The notes below the pieces were generated by a model. It had not been told where the DNA came from and did no database searches. It saw only the letters and a list, made by a program, of their open reading frames with translations. Of a DNA stretch of 64,000 bases, positions 15,201 to 29,327 are shown piece after piece. Within the stretch, counting starts at the first letter, position 1. Every line of letters begins with the position of its first letter. The DNA lies in NCBI GenBank assembly GCA_051362555.1, contig CM120642.1, forward strand, positions 15,376,001-15,440,000. Direction: 5' to 3'. Source of the DNA: Lingula anatina. Lineage: Eukaryota > Animalia > Brachiopoda. Both the position numbers and the translations under genes were made by a program.

Positions 15201-17021
15201 TATAACACGTTTTTTTCTTACCAATATTGGCAAACTGTTCTAAATGATTCATTGTGTCCTCTCTATATGGTTGTTCGGGGCCTAGTCTTTCATAAATCAC
15301 AGAATCCTGGAAATGAATATTATGGAAAGGAAAGGAAATCAATATTATGGCATCCAACATAAAACATATGCAAGTGTTTTAATTTGTGGTACAAATTTAT
15401 CATCACCATCAACATTATTTGTCACAATAACCCTGCCTTAAGGCACAAACAAGGTTAACTTCAATCTTTCTAGTCTGAGGGCAAATGTAAATCTACTTTT
15501 CACATGTGCACATACTGCTCCGAGGTAACCACAGTGATAATGATATTTTTAATATAAAAAGCATTTGGAATTTATTTTAAAAAATACCAAACTTACAGCT
15601 CCTTTGCAAAGAAGTTTGATCCTCCCACTGGGTGTCTTCACTACCACAGACATTCTTTTTCTAAAACTATGAAATCATTCAGTTGTATAAGTACATGTAC
15701 CTTCAAACACAGACCTCAATCTATAAAAAATTTGTCAAAAATTTTGACCTGCATGAGTGGGATGACTGCATAAAAGTTAACTTATTTCTTTATACTCACT
15801 GACATACAGAAAGGTCAAACAAAGATCAACAAATCAATTAATGGGCACTTTGGAATAGCTAAGGCACTGTATGAAAAACAGCTTATGCAATTTCACATTA
15901 ATTTTTTTGAGTCAGTTACCCATTTTCCTTCATACCTTGTGAAATCTAACACATTGAGTATTTCATATGTTTTAGGGGTACCCATCTGTAAAAAATACAT
16001 GATGATTAAAATGAGTTATCATCAAATGCATTGTACATTAAACTTGATTACATAGTTAGCATAGATAATGATATCAGTGAATTTGAGCATAACATTGACC
16101 AATGCTATCATTTCTGACCATTCAGAGAAAAAAAGCAATTCATTGCTGCCTAATCCATCCATCAGACAACAACAAATTCAGTTGACAGGAATGTTGGAAC
16201 TTTTGATGTTATCTTGGATGAAGCTGACATTCAGATAATAATTAACCAAATAAAGCAATTGCAGATGTTTGCTTTTGGTCAAAAAATCAACCTAAGCCCA
16301 AGTCTATATGTTTTGCCTAATGAAAGTAGTAAAGCTGACAAAATATGTTATACAAGTTTAAAAAGCATTACATACAATTTAGCTGCTAGCAAACAAATAT
16401 TACCCATAAGAAGGTGATTTCATTCCATATGAAAAAATGGTTTTATAATTATGATGTTGATCTATCATAATAATTATTATAGATTCATAACACCTGTGCT
16501 TCACTTGGGTATTTCCCTTAAACTATTTAAGTCACATAAAATGATGAACTTCATCAGTGGTATTGGACGTACCATCTGTGTGAGAGGAGCAGAAGTCACA
16601 TAATTGTAAGGGAAAAGATGTGAGAATCCGAAAACATACCACTTCTATTGTGACAGATTCTGGAGTTCTCTGAGTGAAAACAAATCCTAGTTTCTTGGCA
16701 CCTTTGACTAACGCACCTTCATCTGGAAATAAGAGTTTGGAATCAGTATAACTGAAATGTCATAAGAGTAAAATAAAAGCTATACATGTTAGGCATAAAT
16801 TATAGGTGTATACTGGACATTTTCATTGTGACAGCATAAGAATGATATAATTATGAGACTGTCATATGGCACAAATAACTAAAGAAAACAGCAGATTTTA
16901 CCACTAATACTCAACATAAACATGTCAAATTTGATAAATTACAAATTTCAAATATTTCACTTTTAATGTTTCATTCTTTATGAATTTTTATTTGAGGTTT
17001 CTCTCAAAAGTTTTTTCTTCT

Positions 17022-17066
<45 letters not shown>

Positions 17067-20000
17067 AATTTGAAACATCTATCATTGGTGTTACTTTGAT
17101 AAACATAATGGAACAACTTTGTCCAATATAGTGTCATATTTATATAATATATTTTATATGGCAATACCTGGAGAGGAGGCCTGGTATATAATATTCCTCT
17201 CATCATTTGGATCTACCTCAGGGATGACTGTGTGACACACTGCCAGCAGGGACAGAAAGTCTGATATCACTTTCGCTGACACCTGGAAATGTAGTCACAT
17301 CTTCAGATTCAATGAAAATTTAAAGCTGCAATGGAACTCTCTCCACAGTGCATGAGCTTGGTCTCAGGAACAAAGTTCTAAGACATCCATATAAAAAAAA
17401 TACATTGGAAATGACAAAAGTCATTTTCTTGTCATATATATATATAATCATATATATTTCAGATAAGTTCTTAAGTTTCCACAATTTTTTTTCTTTTTTG
17501 CCTTTTAAATAGCTGATAGCTGTACTGTACCTAGTATACGAGTGAAGAATTCAGCAGACTACTTACATGGTTACTTTTCAAGTTTTGTATCAGAGTTGGA
17601 TCAAACACATCTGTGTCATCAGCATCGTGTTGACTGTAGTAGCAAAAGTAATTGTTTGCAATAAGAAACTTCACATATCACACACTAGGATACCTTGTAA
17701 ATTTGATAGCTCTACTGATCAAGCCTAAAATATTTTTCTTGTTTTTCAACAAAATACACAAACTGAATATCATTCTGGTTAAACTGAAAGTAGGCCTATA
17801 TATACCATGATTTATAAGCTTTTAGAGCTGTCTAAACTCACCAATACGTACTTTACGTAAGCTCATCTATACATAACATAATAATTAAATGTGTTACATA
17901 TAATTTCATGTACTTTCCCATACATACAAAGTATTGTGTTATGCATATAATTACCAGTATATATACTAACCCATACATAACCCCAGCAATGCTGCATCTC
18001 TTGAACACCATCACATTTCTTGTGAGGGTGCCTGTCTTATCAGAGAAAACATACTTCACCTGAAACACAGACACACTGATTTATATGAAATTTAATCAAA
18101 TCACTGAGTAAACTAGTCCCATCTGATTAGTCAGGAAGTGATAAAAATGGGATGACATTCTATACCCTTTAAGTCTTGTTTTAATTACTGACAGCATAAG
18201 ACACCATATCAATATTTGGCAGACTGGTATTAAAATGATAATTTCAAAAATTAAGAAGCAGTTTTCATAAAAGAATATTCACCTGTCCTAATTCCTCATT
18301 GAGATTTGATGTTCTTGCAATGGCTGGGGTATCAGTGGGAGCATAGTACATATCTATATCCTAAAATAAAGGACAGGAACATAAACTGCAGAACACAAAC
18401 ACAGGGTGCTTGAATTGTGAAAGAAAAGTCTAACAACATTTTATTAATTTTTTGCATCTAAATGAGTTCCTTTGGTTTTTTTATTAAAAAGCTTTCATTA
18501 TATAATTATAATAAAACATTTTGTTTTGTCTAATTAATTCATGTAGTTTTTTACTTTATGTTGTCTATTTTTCAGCATATTATAAACATTAATTCGCATC
18601 TGGTAAAAAAAAAATCACCACAAATTAACAAGTTAAACAATTTTTTCCCAAATTTATGAAATAATATATCAAGGAAAAGTCACACTAGTCACGGGACAAA
18701 GGGAACTCTGAAACCACTCACCCAATTTATAAAAATAGCTTGTATGAACTTGACACACTCAATGGTCACTTGAAGACTGATGGGAATGAGGTTGTTGTAT
18801 AAAATGATGAAGGTAAGGAAGTTGTAGCCAAAGTTGCTGGGTGCCATTTCTGAAAAGGACAATACTTGTTCAAATATGCAAATCATTACTTTCCTTTAAG
18901 AGCAAACAATCCTAAAATAAGGCTGCATACAGTAAATTGAAGGTGCAAAAGTGTACATTCAATTAAAAGAGCAAAGACAGTCTATAGAGAATAATGTAAA
19001 AAACACAAGCATGGTCAAGTAATTTCTGGAATGTCAGCATTCTCAATTATTGTTTCTACAAATGAAACATTTAATCTACCATGCAAATTCAACCCTCCCC
19101 CCTCATACACATGTGTGATGCACACACACACACATATACATATATGCAATGCACACACACACACACTATACAGTTCAAAACTAGTTGTACCTTTAAAGGC
19201 TAGATACCAATCTTTCTTGTCCCTGCCACTGGTCCATATTTCATTGGCTGCTGCACTGAATCCTGACATGAACAGCAAGATAAGGAAAAGGACTACAATC
19301 TGGAAGAGCACAAAGAGATATTTATCTTTTATAAATGATACAGGTAAATTAAATAACTGAAAAAGAACTGAAAAAAACTATCATCCACCTCCATCGTTGT
19401 TATCTGTTTGTCCTTACTTCCCTGTTTATTCCTTGTTTTGATTTTGACCGTTTGTCAGTCCATCTACATTTTGTTTGGATTTTTTAATGTCAATTTTGTA
19501 CAGACTGCATGAATTCTAGAAAGAATGCACTTTTTATGGACCAGTATGGCAACATAATTCACCCACTACTTTTCAAACTCACTTGATAGTTGGTGACTTT
19601 TTCTACATGAGAGCGTTTCAGAGGAGCACCTGCAGTAGAGTTGAGCATTAACTTGGTCTCATGACCCGTGTACACTGCCAGACCTGGAATCACAAAATAG
19701 TATCAGACTAAATAGTATCAGAACAGTTTAAACTCCATGCAGATAATGAAATCAAAACTCGAGTTTATCATTATAGTCTTTTTCAGCAATACTTTCAAGA
19801 CACAGCTTTGGGTTTCTAGCATTTGTGTCAAACGAATATGAGGCTCACTGGGCAGGTTCTTAATTAATTTAATTTGGTCACCTACAAAAGGGACAAAACA
19901 CACTGTCAGTTTATTTCTGGTGTAATTTGGTCCAAACATGACAACAGATATATATAAAGCACAGGTGAGCTCTCACCATATATCCACTTGGTATTTCTCA

Positions 20001-20111
20001 ACACAGCACCTCGTAGTAACAGCTGGTCTGGACCCAGGGGATAGGCCCTGAAATATGAAGAATTATCTAACTACCAAAAAAAGATAGAAGTAGATGACAA
20101 AAATTCATTAC

Positions 20112-20142
<31 letters not shown>

Positions 20143-23100
20143 TGCCTTTTTCAATTTTTTTTTACAAATGCAGAGTACAAAAATCTATCAATATCTGAGT
20201 GACAATAGAAAAAAAACTGCATCCCATAATAATACTTACAGCCTTCCAGAAGGTCTGATGTTCCCCACAAACTCATACAGGTGCCTGTTTGGGGTCTCAC
20301 ACTCCACAGTTCCAGAGAGGGACAGAATATCAGCACTGGTCAGCAACTTGGCTGTCTGTGGCAGAGCCTGAAGTCCAAGCAAACAATTCTGTCATTCTTT
20401 CAGGGCAAAGCTTTCTCTTTATATTGTGGATAAGAAAATCTAGAAAGATGTTGGGTTTTGTGAAAAATTATCAGAGGTTATTTTAAATGTCATGGGATAG
20501 AGTCTTTATTACTGTATTCATGCCTACATACTTCAGATAAAAATAGGCTCAACCTGTTTCCTCTGTAGATCGTACTTTAAACATCACTGTCTATCAACTA
20601 TTTAATCATTCAGTGGTACATTGAACCAATTTCCTGTCTAAGGGGCTATTCACAATAAATTTTGTTGACCTAACTAGTGCGACTAACATGCCTCCTCTTG
20701 TTTCCAAGCTACTTGTATAATCACCAGCTTTTCTATATTCTATTCAACATCAGGAGGAGACCTGTTAGTCTGTTAATCTAATTGCACTCAGCGAGATTTC
20801 CAGTGGAGTTAGTGCACATTGGCTTGGTTGAAAAAAATCATTGTGAATGGTCCCCAAAGTAGTCAGGTGTACATGCAGCTTTCTTTTAATTTCTCTGATC
20901 ACATCTCTCAGCTTGATGACAAGCTGCAGGAATATCCCAGTGGAATCATCTCCACGTCTGCTACAGCTTTAGGAAAAATGTTCCCCGTGAAAAAATCAAT
21001 TTTTGGTCTTGTCTTCAGCATATCAAAAAGCCAGGAATACCCCAATAAATGATAGGATGAATAATTCAGCGATTAGCACTCTGCAGCAACGTGCTGTCTT
21101 TGAACTGGGTGGTGTGAGGGTATGTGTTTACCTTTTTTTTCAAATAGTACTAAAAAGTGTTGGTCTTTGACATTTACTTAATCAATTTTGCTTGGATTTA
21201 GTGAGCTATTTCTTAATCTAAGAAATAGTATCCTCAGTGATTGGTGAGCTATTCTGAAAGTCACATTGTTGGCAATGGTAACCTCGCCAATTGCTGAAGA
21301 ACTATATTTATATTTATCTACATACACCTATAACTATGTTTTAGTAATGGTATCTCTACCTGTCTTATCTTTAAATTTGTTTCTCCATCCAGGTTGGACG
21401 TCTCCACATAACACATACCTTGAGGCTCACTGGAAAACATTGCAATTACTATAAATAAAAGATATATAAATTAAATCTTGTGTCACGAAAGGTTGACCTA
21501 ATTCTGAAAAAGCTGTTTGACTCCATTTAAATTTACCTTAATACGAACATATGAAACTCATGAAAGGGAGTACAACCTCCTATTGTGTAATTACATATTA
21601 GTGTACATTGCTAAATTATACTGCTCAATATAAGGCGCTATTCACAACCAAGTTGATCTGCAGACTAACTGAGCCACATATCAAATATGACACGACTCAC
21701 TTGAAAGCTTGCTGCATAATCCCGTAATCCTTGTTGGGAATCCATTAAGGGTTTATGAAACAAGCTATCAAGTGGGTTACGCCATTTTTGATCCACAGCT
21801 CACTTAGTCCATAGATCAACTTGGTTGTGTACAGATTCTTAGACCCCATTCCCACAGATTTTAGATCAATCTATCTCTGTGGGGAGCCTCACTAGATTAC
21901 TGTCAGCTTAGCCGGCTTAAATGTCTGTCCCGCCCACTAAAAGCTGTAAGGGGGTAATTAACTACATGCGCACTCGGCTGACAGCAATTTAGCGTGAACC
22001 CCCAGGGAGTTAGGTCGATCTAGATGGATTGATCTAAATCTATGGGAATGCAGTCGTAGTGAAAAGAGCCTTGTATGTAGACTTACCTTGAAGATAATAA
22101 GACTAGATCTGTTGGGAAGAACTCCCCACTAACCACCTTGACAAAGTCCCCCACCACAACATCAGTCCATTTGATCAACTGCCAGTCATGGCGTCTTAAC
22201 ACTAAAATTGTATTGAAGATTGTATTAATTCCCATATTAATCGCCATATATAACAGGCCCAGAAAGCAGGCTCACACAAGGCTCAGAAAAGAATGTCAAT
22301 TTTGGAAAAGATTCATAAAGGAATCATTTGCAGAGATATTTCATGCACTGACAAGTAAGAAAGGACTTGAAGGCATGGCAACTGTGAATTTAGTCAACCG
22401 TCACTGTTGTCAATACAACATGTATTATCATCTCATTCAAGCCAGACTGATCAATACTGGTTCATCCTGTGTTTGAAATCCAAACAGAGATTACTCTCTT
22501 TATCTACACACAATTCCAGTCCCCAAGCAAGCACCTGTCAGTGAGTCTCATTTAGTACTCTAGAACCAAGGATGGATCAATACCTTCATTCTGGCCAGTG
22601 TAGTCTGGCAAATCAAACCCAACTCCCAAGAGAAATCAGCAATGTGTTTTAATTAACCATTTAGCTCCCTCAGACATTCAATATGAATGGCATTAATAAA
22701 TATGTATTTGATATGTACTACATGGCAAACCCATGATACCAAGTCAATCTGCCATAGCTTGAATCTTTAAAAAGATTTGTTATTTCATCACATGGAAGCT
22801 TTTATCTTTTAATTCTAATATCTGACTTTTGGTGTAGAACAGAGGAAAAAAAACTGCAGGTTGATATTATCATAAATTCTCAGATGTCTACAAAGAAGCA
22901 CTCACCCCACACTTTTCTGTTGTTCACCTGCCCATCAGCTTTATGCCTCTTCTAAAAGAACATACAAAAAATAAGCATAAATATATTTTTTTCATATCAA
23001 AAATATTTAAAAGAAATAAAAACACATATTCACAATAATTTATAATGAAATTCAAAGACAATGTTCCTATGGCACGCTGTGCAATGGTTTTATGGCAAAA

Positions 23101-26100
23101 CTATATTTATCTACCCATCAGGGCATATGATTTACTGATGTGTGCTCTAGGAATCTAAAGCTTTTCACACACAGTTTTTTTCTCTTCCAGTAATATTGTG
23201 GCAAAAGTGTTCAGCAGAATATGAATTTGGCTAGAGTAAACTTAGTATAATATTTGATTATTTTTTTTAGTTTACTTTAAATGAATTTGACAAAAAGGCA
23301 ACATTTTCTTTTGCTAGAACTAAATATTTGCTACAGTGACCACTGTGTAATGTATATTATACTCTACAGAAAGTCTGTAAAAGCTGTTACTTACAAAATC
23401 TTCAAAGATCTCTTTGACTGCAGACACAGATAAAATGAAAAGCAGTGGAAGTGCTGTAGTGTAGCGACCTGTGGGGGACACATTGGGAATTTGCTGAAAC
23501 ACACAAGAAAAAGAACAAAATGAAAAAGTCCCTTCTTCTTATCACTGAAAAACCTGTTAGGGAAAATTTATTTTTTAATAAAAACAGGACAGCAGTTCAT
23601 ATGTTAATATATTTCTTTTTTTTTTCAATTTTAAGTGTATTTTACTTCTAAATAAAAAATATTTAGGTAAAGCTTTTCAAATTTCTATTAAAAAAAACAT
23701 CTGAAATATGATTTAGTTTTTTTGACATCTTTTTGTCTGCGTGAAACTTTTTAACTTACTTGCAATAAAGCTATCATCAAAAAGAAAATATTGGCATATT
23801 TCCTGGACTGCTCAAATAGAAACTTTGGAATGAAAGACAAAATGTTGTACTTTGCAGTGCTGTAAAAGATGAATAAATAGGAAAAGTCAAATTATGTGGA
23901 ATAATAATTATTATAATAATTAAAATCTTTATTATTAACTAATGGATGTGCAATAATTCAGCTTATTGTATTTTATCAGGTAAACATAACATTCCTTCTC
24001 AAAAAGTGGCCTACCTGTAAAGTAAACCGAGTTTTCTAAAAAAATCCATTTCCGACATTTGTTGATTTACGATATGCTGAAAAGATACTGAAAATGACCA
24101 CATGTCAAACTCAAGTACCCTTCATACTAGTATCTGGCATGTATAAGACTCACCATATTTTGTTGCTGGCATAAGACACAGGTTGCTGGTTATCAATTGG
24201 GTTCAAATTTACCACTCTCCTCAGGACATGATCCAAGTCATCTGATGTACTGCCAGAATCTGGGGGGACTGCCTCGTTGCCAGGGACATCTAGAATTAAA
24301 TTAAAACACTGATATAAATATCTGATAAATACTGATATATGCTATATACTCCCTGAGGCAGGGAAGAGGTGGTGGTGGTGAGGAGGTGTGTGTGTGTGCT
24401 TGATGCCAAGCCCAGCTGGAATGAAGGACTGCCATAAACATTTTGTAATACAGATATAGCTGCCATCTATACTTACTAGTACTGTACCTATACTGTTCTA
24501 TGTGTTGTCCAAATATCAGGATGGGGGTATCTCACTGACAGGTAAATTATTATCAAATTTAAACACTGACATAACTATCTGACAAACAAAGACATACTTT
24601 ATCCATACTCGAGATGTTCTTGTGTGTGTGTGTGTGTGTGTGGGGTCTATCTATATAACTGCCAAGTTAACCTGGAACGAAAGACAGTGACATAAACCTC
24701 TGAAAATACAGACAGATGAGATACTGCACTGAGTCTGGAAGCACTTTAACTGTCAAACAGATAATCCTAAATTCTGGTGGTATGAGAGAGGTTGAAAGCT
24801 TTATGGCAAAAAAAGACTGAAAATGAGCATACACCTGTACAATTTCAGGTAATCCAATGCTCAAATGTTTAGTCATCAATTCTTGGGAGAACTCAAATCA
24901 ACCGAACATACATATGCATGTATGTACCCCATACTTATACACTGTACATTTTTTTCTATACAATATGATAACTTTTGTGATTCTTATTGCCTTGTATTAT
25001 TACATAACATAACTTAATTGTGGTGGTTTCTTTAACCGAGTCCCACACTCGCACAGTGTATAATTAAGATACATCTGGTTAAAGCTGGATTTAAAGCCAC
25101 AGAGACCATACCTATGTTAAGCATACCAGCATGAGGCAATATAATGATATAATAAGTAATCTACTTTGTTTTAAAGTTGCAATATGGTGCAGCATCATAT
25201 GCAATGATTAATAGTCTCTCAAGCATTTATCCAGGACTGGTGGTAGACTTCACACTTTTTGTTTGTATCCAGGGATTTCCTTCACTCTTTTGTGGATGCA
25301 TTAACTATGCTCGTATGAACTGGGAATAAACAAATACGCCAGCAGAACTATGATAACCATGGAAGCCCATATACTGGGAGTATATGTATAAAATTATATA
25401 TACAGTATGTAGGAGGGGGTGTTCAGGAAGCTCAAAAGAACCACTTTTTTGACCAGAAAAAGGTCCATTTGAATAAAAATTTGATCTAGGTTTTGTATGC
25501 CATTCCTCAAGTTGGTCTAGTCATGTAAGAGAGATAAAAAGACAAATTTTTCAGAAAAAGGAACTCCCCTTTGAAATTACTGGCTACAGGCCCTATAACA
25601 TACTGCGAAAAGTGAGCAAGTAATAAATCATTTCAGGTCCTCAAATTTTTGATAATTTTTTTCCCTTTAAAGTGAAAGCTACAACATTTCTGAAATATGT
25701 TATAACTAATTAAAAAACCTTAAAGAGAATTCTTTAAGTTTCTGTCAGATGCAAATATCTAATATGTAAAGCCAATGTCAACATGTACATATCAACTCAA
25801 TCAATATTCTACTTAACACACACAAATACAGTTCAATCAGGCATAGAATTTTGCACTTATTACGTCAATATCTATAAAAACCTACCACAACCAACCAACA
25901 GTGTCAATATATTCATATACAGCCACCAATGTAATAACCATAGTAATTATGTTACATGTACCTTCATCCTTTTTCCAACCTTCTTTCCATTCTGATGGTA
26001 GAAATGGCAAGATTTCATTTTCTGGTGGATTCACACACATAGACCCGGTGGACGAGGTGCGATAGCTCCACATGTTATTAAATACAACACCTTGGCATTT

Positions 26101-28698
26101 TCAATACTTCTAGATCAAGTTATTCAGGTCAGCCTGCTTCAGGTATTTAACAATAGAAGTGAGATGTTAACCCAGGTCGTAGCACAATTTAAAATCCTGT
26201 TGAAGTCACTACCTGAACGTAAGTGAAAGTGCACATGTAGTCCATGCCCACACGTGATACAACTGTTAGAGTGAATGTCACTTAATCTAACCAACCAGCT
26301 GACTAACTAGTAGTTCTAGGATCCATAACCACTCTTCTGTTCCAACACTTAACTTGGTGATCCCACCACATCCATCATTCTTAACAGACAGAATGGCTTG
26401 AATATTTAGTAGAGCCACTGTAAATCAATTGGATACATATCCCTCTGAATGAAAATCATACACTTTAGGAGCTCCACATGTATAATAGGTAAACTGATCT
26501 TATCCAGCCAATGTACACTCTCCATTTCTCCCATTGTGCTATCGATTCCTCCAGTCATTGTGGAAGTTGACATGTTTTTTGCATGATTATTGGCACGCTA
26601 CGTTGCAGACTATAAGCATACAAAATGCTATAGATCCTCTGATGTCTAGGCATACAAAATATCCATGTGCTTAAATGAACTCTTTGTGTTAAACTAATTT
26701 GATCCAATATCTCCCGGACTTCAGCTGTGAGGAGTTCAACATATCAAAGAGACAATTTGGTGATGAAGTGATCAACGATATCATACAATCATGTAGCTGA
26801 TGTTTGACATGGTTATGATCCTTTGCTCAAGTTTGCAACACAAAAACTCTATTCAGAAATTGGTTATATATTCATAGCAGTCTGTACAGACTCCACCTAT
26901 GCTATCACAAAGGGCTCACCTGAATAATGATTGATTTCATGTGTTTTCTTCATTACCTAACCAACTGATGCATGACCGCACACAGAAACTGCCAAAATTA
27001 CATGGAAATATATATACCTAGCTTTCATTTTGTTTCAAAATAAATTATTGAGTTAAGTGCAGAATATAAATTCCTTTTTATGTCAGAGATGCAGAAAAAT
27101 TAAAAGTTATACAGAATTTGTCATTATCAGCTTTAAACTAGACACAACATAATGAAAAGTCCATCCCTTGGAAATTGTAGAGTGGAAAAAGTTATAACAG
27201 TTTCAAATGTACCATTCGTTATCTTGGAGCAAGTATCCTCAATGTGAAAACCAAAAACTTATATATTACATGTATTTATCAAAACTAAGTAGACTTAAAG
27301 AAATTTACTGGAACTTTAACTATAACACAATACTTGCTATGAGCCCAAAATTATGGCACGACTAGAAACTATTGGTTTAAAATATGCCCCTGTCAACAAT
27401 GAACTGTGTAGCATGGACAAGACAAGTACAACATGCCAGTTTAGAAGATCGGATCACTTATTAGTGAACATCAATCAATGGTTGAGACAGGGAAAGTGGC
27501 ATTATCTTCTTCCACCCTCAGAACAGCCTAAAAACACCAGAAGTAGCAAGACTAATGAAATAAAACAGATTATCTGTCGTATAAGTGGAAGGAAATCAAT
27601 GATGGCACTTTTTTTAGCCACCAAGGAAAAATATAAATTGCCTTAAGTGCTATATAATGCTTTATCTTTATCCTATAACCCCAAGAACTTAATATAGGTG
27701 ATGTTGCAGTTAACATTTTTTACAAAATCTGTTTAAGGCAAACCTTATTTATCTAAAGGAGAAGTGGATGCTTCTTTACAATTCCCCATTTGTAATCAAT
27801 TTGTAACCCCACCCACTTCTTATTTTTCTATCATACACTTTGGGGATAACAGGCTGCACAACAGGGACTGCAATCAAATTTGTGAGTTGTACTAATGTTT
27901 TTTACACAATCAACCCACTTGTGGCTATATTTAAAGCAGCAGTCCGTAAGCACTTGATAAGTAAAGCTCGATCGAGACAGAGAGTTGTTCAAAGAGGGCA
28001 AAAGAGAGAGCATAAATTTGACGTAAACAGTGACGTAAGAACTGCATGTATAGACTCATTTATTAATTCTCAACTATATATGCTATCTTAATAAAAAAAT
28101 AATATAAAAATTTTGAAACAAAGAGATATTCATAGACACATAGCAAACAAGGGGTAAAGATTCCATTTATCACTTAACAAATGTTTCGGACAAAATCCTT
28201 GATATTCAAGGTTTCTTTACATAAGTTTTTGAAAATGAATCCTCAATAACCTTCAATGCACATTAGACAACATAAAGAACACTGCCGTCTTATCCATATC
28301 TTGAGCATTTTCACATCCTCCTCTGGACTCCCTAGTGACCCTTAGTCATAAGGTTAAGTGAGCACATATGAATAATTGATCAGCAAGCCGGGCAGTCACA
28401 TATTACATTATTGTACATATAGCTACTGATCTGATGCAACACAATACCGAACACCAGATGTGTTTTATGTCAGGCACAACTAACACAATAGTAATCTACT
28501 GGATGTGACTGGGTGTACAATCAACCCTAATGTAATTGTAAATGTTCATACCAATGGCTTATACATCAAAATGAATGAACAGCCTTTCATTTTGATCTAC
28601 AATGACTAGGGGTTTTCCCAGGATTGGAGGTACAGGGCATCCAAATTTATCACCTATAATTTCCTACAAAATTGCAGGGAATCCAAACCATCATTTTT

Positions 28699-28755
<57 letters not shown>

Positions 28756-29241
28756 AGCCGTCCAGTCCTCTTTGAAAATATTGGCAGTTCCATGATGCCG
28801 CTGGTCGTCCAAATGACCACTGGCCAGTTCGCTGGGAAAAGAATTGAGTCAATGACCTATGTTTTGTTGACATACATGTATAACACAGAGCTGCAAGAAT
28901 GAGAAAATGCTTGGGAAATTCTTGCTCATTACTATACTGTATGTAAACTCTTCACAAAGGATAGAGATAAAAAATTGCCTGAATTTGCCCATCATAAACT
29001 CTCCCTTTCAAATGTCAGATTGTGAATATAAACAGTCATGCAATATGAAAAAAAAAAAAAAATTAAAATTAAAATACAAGTCACTTACTAGTATAAAAGT
29101 AATGTACAATTAGTGTGACCCAGCATTTATCAGACTGAACTGAGTACAGATATATACTAATGCCATACAACAAAAGTATATATACGAGTATTTAAGTATA
29201 TATATGTGATAAAAAGAAATAAAATAAGAATAAGAAATACA

Positions 29242-29327
<86 letters not shown>

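Noticed and set aside
17842-17866. AG/GTGAGT-flanked 25-nt candidate ATP8A cassette exon
   Set aside because: Not a multiple of 3 and introduces an immediate TGA in the required phase.
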